From positions 2,852,001 through 2,916,000 of the forward strand of contig CAVNZM010000010.1 in the NCBI GenBank assembly GCA_963693365.1: a stretch of 64,000 bases of DNA, in the 5' to 3' direction. Made by a program: the position numbers and the translations under genes. The notes below the pieces were generated by a model. It was not told where the DNA came from and made no database searches. It worked only from the letters and a program-made list of their open reading frames with translations. This stretch comes from Amoebidium appalachense. Lineage: Eukaryota > Protista > Ichthyosporea. Position 1 is the stretch's first letter. Every line of letters begins with the position of its first letter. Below, piece by piece: positions 49,782-64,000 of this stretch.

Positions 49782-49847
49782 GTGATGCAAATACACGTAG
49801 ACACGGGGGGGGGGGGGGGGGGGGGGGGAGACCGAGGAGGAGTGTGA
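47380..49847 (+). pseudogene. pol remnant: aspartic protease, RT N-terminus, deletion at ~49045, integrase C-terminus (GPY) and chromodomain
   Basis: ALLDGGAQVN; SPWRSPVLLVKKPDGSWRLVNDFGALN...PLPNID; FIGPYKIV; VDKIMDKK...YLIRFEG...DQWLPEFHL. Confidence 0.88.
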
Positions 49848-51584
49848 ACGGAGTCGTAGGAATTTGATTTATTATCATAGGTGTCTCCGTAGGTATCAAG
49901 CTTATGGTGTAGATTAATTTATTATTTTTCTTCGTAATTTATTTAATTTCATTTTTTTTTGGGAGACTGATTAGTCTATGTCTTTTTAGGGGGTGTTAGA
50001 TGTAATGTGACTGAGGTGGGACTCAGCTTTTCCGGGTGCCGGGGGGGGGGGAAGTTGACATATACTAATCCGTCTCAGCAGATCAGCCTAAGTCTACGAT
50101 CGAGATCGGGGGGGGGGGGGGGGGGGTGGCCCGGGTCCACAGATCATCAAGATCAAGTCCGGGGCCTCAAGATAGCTGTACAGCTGCGTGCATCTTGCCT
50201 CTGCCGGCGCAGGGCAGGACCACGTCAGCTGGAGCAGCCGACCAATAGAATTCTAATTAGTGTGTAGGATAGATCGTACATCAGCAATCTTGCCGAAACA
50301 TCCGGAACCCATAAAAGATACATTGAAGATATCCATATACTCAAACCCATCCTGAACATAACCCTACATCCAGTTCATGGGTTTAAGATATGTAAATATA
50401 AATGGATATTAATCTTGGATATCTACGGCTAATATGTATATAGATATCTGTTAAAACCCTGATATCCATTGGATAACTACTGTTAGGGATCCACTAGATA
50501 TCCACGGGAAACGTGATATCCAGTGGATATCGAACACTAGATATGCAAATACACATGCACAACATATACTGGATATGCAACGAAGGTATCCAGTGACTGG
50601 AAACCTGCCGAAAACCCTATCCATTATGATACGTAATATATATATATAACATGCATAAAAGGTGCACAATCGAGATCCAATTGATATGCTGTGGGTAACC
50701 TAAATCATATGTAATTGATACAAAAGAGATGTAATTTGATATGCAATACATATAGGTTGTGCATAGATTTATTACCGAAAATGAGGTTCATTAGATATAC
50801 AGATAGCTATGTATATAGGCATAGAATACCTATATTGATTATATACAGTCAGGTCACCAATAGACCTCATAATAGTTGCCAAGTAGACCAAAGCATAGAT
50901 ATCCAACATGCATCCCAGTATATATGCACTGGATCAGTAAATGAACAACGAAAATGGATGTGATCGACGACCAAAAGACACCCTTTAGATATCGGCCCTT
51001 GCATATATTATATATATAAATAGACATATAGGCAGAAATCCGAACAACGTGTCTGGATATGTATTCTATATCCACAGTGATATCTAATACTCATCCGTTG
51101 CATGTATATCCTAAGGACTAATCTAATATATGAGTGATATCCAATTGGATATCATCACTTCCGTGTCTGGATATGCACTAGATATCCAGTTTGATATAAT
51201 TTAGCAGTCCATTAAATATATATCTCGATGAGTAGTCTAATATATAAATAATGCCCAATTGGATATGCAATACCCCCCCCCCCCCCCTCGTTGGGATCTG
51301 GCACTTGCTCAACGACGGCAGCACAAGTCTTTATGTACACGTTATGCCCCACAGGAGCATGACCAGTTTTATCTAAGTCATGCTCACCAGGAGCATATGA
51401 CACACAATCCAACACTTACTTTTGATTATGAACTATTACAGGGTCCAGTGACCTTCTTGCTTACAAACTACACATGTTTTTTTGTTACTACTATAAGACG
51501 TATTAATAAAGAAAAGAAAAAACACAAGATCAACTTGAACACACTGGGCACAATCAAAGATAATTGTTTGGGGGGGGGGGGGGG

Positions 51585-52976
51585 TTAATCTTCCTTTCTT
51601 TTTTTGGTGGCGCGTTCCTCATCCTCCTCCTCATTGCGCACCCTCTTCTTGCTGCCCTCATCCTCGCTGCCCTCGGCCTCGCTGCCCTCGGCCCCATCGC
51701 GCTCGCTGGCGTCGCCGTCCCTGTCCCCCTCTTCCTCGCTGACATCAGCGTTCTTCACTTGCTCACGCTCGCTAGTCTCATCCTCGGGCTCGCTGTTGCT
51801 GCCATCTCCGCTGACCTGGCCACCGCTGCCGTCAGCCTCAACCGCATCCTCATCACGGCCGCCGTCGTTGTCAGACCCCGGCTGCAAGGGGGAGACGGGG
51901 GGCTGCAGTTCTTGCTCGCCTGGGCTGTCATCCTTGTTGGCGTTGCCCCCCTTGCCCACCTCTAAGGCCACCTTGGCCTTGGCGCTTGCAGCCCTCTCGG
52001 CCAACTTCTTGGCCTGGTACTGGTCAGCCTTGAGCCTGATCTTGACCTTCTCCCAGTTCTTGATGTACTGTATATGTGGGGTATGTGCAAGCATGAATGA
52101 TAAAAGGTTATAGAAATGGGGCGGAGGGAGGAGGGGGCGGTGGGGGGGGGGGGGGGGGGGTAAATGTTAGTACCCAATATGTTTCAAGTCCAACAGCTAT
52201 GTAAGAAGGATCAACTGAACACCCATCTAACAATGTGTATACGGGGTGAAGCAGGCGGTGTCAGTTCCCTAAGCAGGATTCTAAACAGTAAATGTTGAAT
52301 ACAAACTGTTTGCTGACACCTAGGACACAAAAAGTAAACCATTCCACTTGGCAAGTACTGTTCAATAGTTTACAAGAAGATAACTTGTGCCAATAAAGCA
52401 TAAAACAACCACTAAAATAAAGGATTACACAGCACACACACCTGCTTGATGGTGGACAGCCTGGCGCCCCCGTTGTAGTCACCACCGACATTATAGTTGA
52501 CGTGGGCCCATTGGATGGGGGTAGACAGGCACTTGTGAGCGTTGGGGTCCTTCAGCAACGACTCCAGGCAGAAAACGACCATGCTAAAAAACTTGGGGTA
52601 TTTCTCAGCAATGTCCTGTTGTGTGTGTGATGGCAGCGTTTGCGCCGGTGTGTGTTTGTGTGTGTTGGCCATGGCAGGTGTGTGTGTGTGTGTGTGTGTG
52701 TGTACTAGTAGTATGTGTGTGTGTGTGCATGTGTGTGGGGAGGGGGGGGGGGGGGGGGAGTTAGTGTCAAATAGTGTCTCATGATGAGGCAAGTGATCGG
52801 GAAGAACAGAGGAGGAGGGGGGGGGGGGGGGGGGGTCAAGTGAAGGGAAGAGGAAAGGAAAATAAGATAGACAGATAAGAGAGAGAGACATAGGCAGCGA
52901 CAAGAGGGGGGAGACAGAGAGAGGCGGGAAAAAAAGTCGCCTAATAGCAGTACACAGTACTAGTAGCAGTGGGGGT

Positions 52977-53017
<41 letters not shown>

Positions 53018-53654
53018 CTGGCATACCATGGGAGTCAGAGAGCTGATGCGGGTCTTGATCCCCGTGAGCGTGATGCTCTCGAACACACGGTTGAACCCAC
53101 GCCATCCGAATGGATGGAAGGTGTCTGGGTCAGCTGAATACTTGCGGCCACATGGATACCCCATCACCACAACCTCGTCGATCAGCTCCACCCACTTGGC
53201 CTCCCGGTCGTTACGGGAAGTGGCATACTCCATGATCTGCAAACAATAAAAATCAGGGTGTCGTTGAAATCCTCCCAAGACGTGTACGAACAAATGCTAA
53301 ACATATTAAACACGTATCCATCGGTTGTCCAACAGATAGGTAAGCATACTTTTGTTATCTCAATAGGGGTGTACACGACATGCAATATATATGTATTATC
53401 CAATGAACATGTATGTGAAAGGATATCCAACGGATACCCATTAAACGACTACCGCAGACCAACGGTTTAGTACTTTCTGTGCATGTGTAAACCATAATTG
53501 CATAATCATTATGGTGTGGATGTGGAAGTGATCGTAAATGTTCTCTTTTTTGATTTTTAAATTTTTTGGAGGTGATGGGGTGTGTGTTATGTTTGAGTGT
53601 GTCTGGGAGAGGGGGGGGGGGGGGGGGGGGGGTTATGTGTGTGCGCGTGTGTGT

Positions 53655-53685
<31 letters not shown>

Positions 53686-56600
53686 GGGGGGGGATACCGA
53701 TGAGTTGGTGTCAGGCACTGGGTAGTGGACGAAGGCATTGCGTATGTTGCCGTGAACCATGGATCTGACTGTGGTCAGCCCCGTGCGGATGGCCGTAACG
53801 ACCTTCTTGGCGTCTGTACCACGGGTCGCGCTGGCCAACATGCTCGTCCAGTGTTCCTTGCCCCTTGAGCTCAGTACATCATGTGCAGTCGGCATCACAG
53901 TCTTGATGGCCTCGAGGGTAGCAAGGGCCAGACTACAATTGTCCAACTCGTTGACAGTGGGGTTGACCAACAGCATCACCTGGTAGACCTGGTGAGACTT
54001 GGTGAACTGCTTGACGTTGTCATTCTGTGGCAAACATGGGAGAGTGGATGGTGTGGGTGTGTGCGTGCGTGTGCGTGCGTGCGTGTTTTTTTTTTTTTTG
54101 GGAGGGTGGGTGTTTTGGGAAGGGGGGGAGGGGGGGGGGGGGGGTGGGGTTAGTTTGAGGTCACACAAACTGGCCATTAAAATACAAACGAAAACAGGAG
54201 TAAAACCTAGTCAAGTTCGAAATTTGTGATGGTTTGATAGTACCAGGGAAAAACAAAGAAAAGAAAAAGGGAAAAAAGACAAAAAAAAGGGGAACAAAAT
54301 AAATGGGTGGCAATTAAGGGCAACTGTAATGCGTATAGGGAAAAGCGAGAGTCTGCAAAAACCATCGAAAGAATATTTACAAGAGAGAATAACAATTTCT
54401 TCCCGTCATATTAGGAGTACCTACCAGCCACTTGACGGTCTTGCCAGGGGTCAACTTCTCAAGCACAGGGATGTCGTCGTCATCATCCTCATCCTCGCTA
54501 TCCGACGAAGGGGGGGTACGCTTGCGGCTGCTTTTGGACTTCTTGCGGGGACTAGGAGTCTCGTGCTCATTCTCCGCATCGCCCGATTCATCACCAGATG
54601 GGCCCTCCGGTGGGATGTTTTCAAACTCAACGAATTTCCCTTCCGGCATGGAATGGCCGGCACCGCGCAGCGCAGCCAGCATCTCATCCCTGCCTGCAGC
54701 GTAGGTAGTCCGCAGCTTGTCCTTCATCGTGGTGGTGGGGTAGCGCTTGCAGACAACCGTAAGGTAGTAGGCCAACCTGATGTCGTCATCCGGAAGAAGG
54801 TACTGCCCGTCGGCATCTTTAGGAAAGTCCTCGTCGGCTCCCCAAGACGACATGAGGCGTTTTGGTTTGTCACCGCTTGCAGGAGACTTGGATGTATCTG
54901 TGGATAAAAGTGGGAGTGAGCATGGGTGAAGAAGTAAACTGGAAGGAAGATTGTGTGGGAAACACCACGTGTATACCGTTTACCTTAAACCTAGTTTAGG
55001 GTCATGATATGAGATAGATATGCATATGCAAAGGCATGTGTTGGTTGGTCAATGGATATGGAAAACATATACACAAAACATCCACACTATACATATAGGT
55101 ATTAGTCGGGCATCCAATGGATATAAAGCATCAATCAAAGTATCAATTCTATATGTAATACCTATCCAACAGACATGTGTTTGTTGGCCAACGAACGTGT
55201 ACAAAATATGTGTTGCATATACACACTGATTAGTCGGTTATCCAACAGATACTTAAGCTTATGTTTTTTATCTCGGCAATCTACTAGAACATCGGAAACA
55301 TGCTTCTGTAACACCCAGAAGGTTATTTCGCACATGCCAGCACTTGCAAAACCAAGGAAAGAAAACTACGTGCACACAACACAACAACATACAGAAAACG
55401 AGGCAAGAAAACGTCAGTGTGCTGTTTTCACGCATACAGTATGTGGGAAACACACCAAACAAAAACAAAAGGGATAGAGTATTTTTTTTTTAACGCGGGG
55501 GGGGGGGGGGGGGGGGGGGGGGGGCAACCGATTGCAATGGGGATGTTTAGCCGTCGAACTGTAGCAAATGCTTTCACTACTCTGTCTACGTCTGGGAGGA
55601 AATGTGATCGGCATTCGCAAACATCATACAAGGACAGCTTTTCCAACCAACCAAGTGTGGCAGTGTTCACCGCAAGCGCAACGTTCGGCCCGCACTGGAA
55701 ACCATAGTGCAGGGCTAATGGTGTGGTTTGGACTAGGCAGCCCGGGCGCTGAACGACTATGGTTGGGGCAAGTCCCTTTGACACTAGATACAAGGGTGAT
55801 AGGGGGAGAAAGCACTTGTGCTGGATGGGGTTGGTACAATCTAAATCAGGGAACTCGTTTTTCACAAGTTCCATGATATGAGGGTATTGCCAAGGAGCAT
55901 GTACGAACCACACTTTGAGACCATCCAAAAGAACGCTGGAAGATGACAGCGCTCCGTCTTCTATGTGGGCCGCAAAAACCGACAAGAGAATTTTTCCCGT
56001 GGGTGTTTTATCCGATGTGTTAAGCATTGCATACAAGAAAGCTTCGTTGATTCCTGGCATTCTTTTCCCATAGTGTTCCTGTCCAATTACCGTGTGGTCC
56101 GCAATGATTGTTGGGTCGTAGAGGCGTGCGTCCGTTATTTGAGTTGTCTATTTCAGCATGCTCAACATAAAAACCACCTTCCCCTACAATGTTTTTCTCG
56201 TAGAAAGACATGATTTCCGTTGCATCCATCCGGGACAGCCCAACTACATCTTCAACTGCCCCATCCAACACTTCGTATCCCTCCTTAACCGGCTTTTTCA
56301 CTAGTTGCCCCCATGTTTCTGAAACAGCCCTAACTGTATGTCTAGTGACGTTTTTCTGTATAGTGCGTGCAGGAACAAACTTCATGATGTCACCAAAGGG
56401 AATGGGCGACGCAAAGTTCGTTAACAAGACTGCCCCCTCCCCTTTCGCTTCTGCTTCGTGCAAGGCGCTGAGGGCCTGTAAAGCTTTTTCACATAAACCC
56501 ATGGTTGTGTGTGAACATCTTTTTAACAAAGTACGTGATGGTGAGTGCTGTGTGAAAGAATGCTTGCTTAATGAGAAAGGACGCAGAAGTGAAACTGACC

Positions 56601-56941
56601 GGTCGAGGGATATGCGGGGGCTTATATGCGTGCAAGCTCACACAATAAACCCACCCTTTTTGGCGCCAGACAGTACGCGCAAGGCCGCGGGGACTGTTTT
56701 CCTTGGTCACCGTCTCAAGGATAACAGCAGCTCTCTTCTCTGCCTCGCTGCGTGTGTTGGCTCCGCTACCAGCCTGCTTGGTGGCCCCCTGCAACTTCTT
56801 GCCGCCGCCGCCCAAGGGTGTCAGCCCCCCCCTCGAACCGGCGGCCCGGGGCGCCTCTACCTTAACGGGTTTCCCCGCCTTTTTCTTTGGGCTTTTCGTT
56901 TTCTTGGGACTCTTTGACTGTTTGCGTTCGGGGTTGCCCAT
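51585..56941 (-). CDS. Multi-exon gene: KDM4/JMJD2-like JmjC dioxygenase joined to an acidic linker, an unknown conserved domain and an acidic tail (one frameshift near 56150)
   Basis: PGINEAFLY, FAAHIED, KVWF, C..PIQHK..LSP, VQRPG..V.T.P.ALHYGFQCGPNVALAVNTAT..W...CEC. Exons 56941-~56650, ~56500-55529, 54897-54425, 54024-53698, 53236-53027, 52615-52442, 52067-51585; the last five introns are phase-compatible GT-AG, the first is not resolved. Confidence 0.8.
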
Positions 56942-58217
56942 GTTTACTTGTGCGAGCCACGTAGACGCACAGGATACGCGTTGGATATACAGCGAGAATA
57001 TGTTAGAGCATTAAACATGCTTGAAATGCATATGTAAAAGCGACCACGTGCTGCAAATTCCTCGTCGGTCCGCGAATCCAATCATCGCGCCGCTGAACGT
57101 CTAACTTGCACCAATCGGCTTCGCTGAAATGTATCTGCATGACCCTCATCCAATCACTTGGGTTGCGCATGCTCTATGTGCTGTGATGTATGCATGCAAA
57201 ATCTGTCAAGGAGCGAATAAACTATACATTTGCTTTAGAATGCTTGGGAAAATACAATTTGGAAAAATTATTCACGGTTTTCTTTGTGGATATTTTCCAG
57301 CCATTATACGGCGGTACTGTTGCCAGTGCTCGCAACTCGAGGCGATCACGTCAGTTGACATCATATTTCCGACGCCACTGGCATTGCCGCAATGCCACAC
57401 AAGCACTGGCCTTCAAGAGCGGAGCAATAACCAGGAAAACCTTTCTTGTCTAGAAATAAACCAAAACCCATAATCTGTAATTATGAGATTGATGTAAACG
57501 TAGGTTACGTTAAGCACCCGTTTTTGCTTTATATAAATATCATGCCAGATCGACTAATTGAAGAACTCTAATACAAACCACCGAGTGACTTTTAGCCAAT
57601 GGAAGCGTCATTTTGCACTAGACAATGGTTGCTGAAAGTTTTGAGAATAATTATCTTGACCTTGAAAAACACAACGTAAACAAAATACATCACGAAATAT
57701 ATAATTAACAAAACACCCTACTAAAATTTTTAAACAGGTATATAGGCAATGCTTTATGTGTTTCTCTACACATAAACAGACAGGAAGAGAACGATAAATC
57801 TAAGACATACCGCAGCGTGACATTTATCCAACCAATATCCCAGAAATAAAACAAAAATGTGATAAGCATGCAGTGCATAAGTATTTTTTTATTAAGCTAG
57901 ATATTTATATTTTTCTTTTGTTTCTACGAATTACTTACTAGAGGAAATAGCATAGTAATCTTTCTTTTTGTAGTCTTTTGTTCTAGTAGCCCAGCAGTGA
58001 AATGCTGTTTATCACACGGCTAGATGAAAGCATGAGCCGCGACCAATATGAGGCTGAATTGAATCTAAGATTGACACCCAATGGAATTCAGGCTGGATCT
58101 AGCGCAGTAGATCCCACCCCAAAAGTATCCAGAATACATCTCGATTGCATGTAGAATGAGTTCGGAATACCTGCCTTGTTTTTCGCTTTAAAGTTTTCTT
58201 GAAATGCAACAGCAAAC

Positions 58218-63140
<4,923 letters not shown>

Positions 63141-63177
63141 GTAGCCCCCCCCCCCCCCCCCAAAGACACACACGCAC

Positions 63178-63257
<80 letters not shown>

Positions 63258-63283
63258 ACACACACACACGAGAGGCACACACA

Positions 63284-63427
<144 letters not shown>

Positions 63428-63440
63428 AGAGGCACACACA

Positions 63441-64000
63441 CATCAGCAAACTTCCCGGCGGTATTGCCAATATTGTGAGGCTATTATCTATTGCCAATAT
63501 CGTAAAAATACCAAATTAATACTGAAGTAATATCAATTATCCATTGCCAATGTATTGCGAGTAGAGATTTTCTGTGGTAGAGACGCTATAGAAGTGTAAT
63601 AGAACTGTAATATTGACGTAATATCGGCAACATATTTTGATATTATTGTCATACCATGCCGGGTCTACCACCAATAACTATATACCGTATGAGTAATGTA
63701 CTGGCAATATCTCAAAACGCGTGTACGTGTGCCTATTAACAATACAATTTCGATATTGTCAATGTATTTATTCGGTATTATACTATTGCTTGCGGAGTAT
63801 TGTCAATAAGTTATGAATATATAAAATGTAGGATAATTTTGTGTCAAATTATGGTATTGTCCAACGTGGCAAGACTATTGCCAATATATTATGAATGTAT
63901 TATTCCTGACCATTTTGGGTTATTGGCAATATACCCAACACATATGTCCCATATGGCCGATACAAACATAACGTCGCTATTGGTTATAGGGTTGTGATAT
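63441..64000. mobile_element. Third CATCAGCAA-family left end, inserted in a (CA)n intron of the transposase
   Basis: CATCAGCAAA followed by AT-rich sequence with repeated TATTGCCAAT-like motifs. Confidence 0.65.

Larger units (their letters stand above)
44783..50278 (+). mobile_element. Ty3/gypsy chromovirus-type LTR retrotransposon, internally deleted, 3' LTR interrupted
   Basis: LTR start TGAC(G/A)TATACTAATCCG at 44783 and 50056, purine tract before the second; candidate PBS TGGCATCG near 45318; gag, protease, RT and chromodomain remnants. Confidence 0.88.

Overview
Eukaryotic, transposon-saturated window with no host housekeeping genes. It contains: (1) many copies of tyrosine-recombinase (DIRS-order) retrotransposons with split direct repeats (A1-gag-RT/RNaseH-YR-B1-A2-spacer-B2). 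These are family 'A' (structurally complete copy at 35562-41177, plus truncated and solo copies), a Ngaro-like element (22271-29396) and a 1.25-kb non-coding family 'C'. (2) A 1.66-kb mitochondrial insertion (rps13 + atp6, TGA=Trp) inside the Ngaro gag. (3) An internally deleted Ty3/gypsy chromovirus (44783-50278). (4) A family of large DNA transposons starting 5'-CATCAGCAA. One copy is complete (13093-41781, TIRs, TA duplication) and two more left ends lie at 50279 and 63441. The element starting at 50279 carries a spliced C2H2-Plavaka transposase. Divergently, it carries a ~7-exon gene joining a KDM4/JMJD2-like JmjC domain (Fe-binding H-x-E...H intact, one frameshift) to an unknown domain conserved in the other element. 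This is the best candidate for an undescribed system: a transposon-borne histone-demethylase anti-silencing module. All protein assignments are motif recognition by eye; no searches were run.
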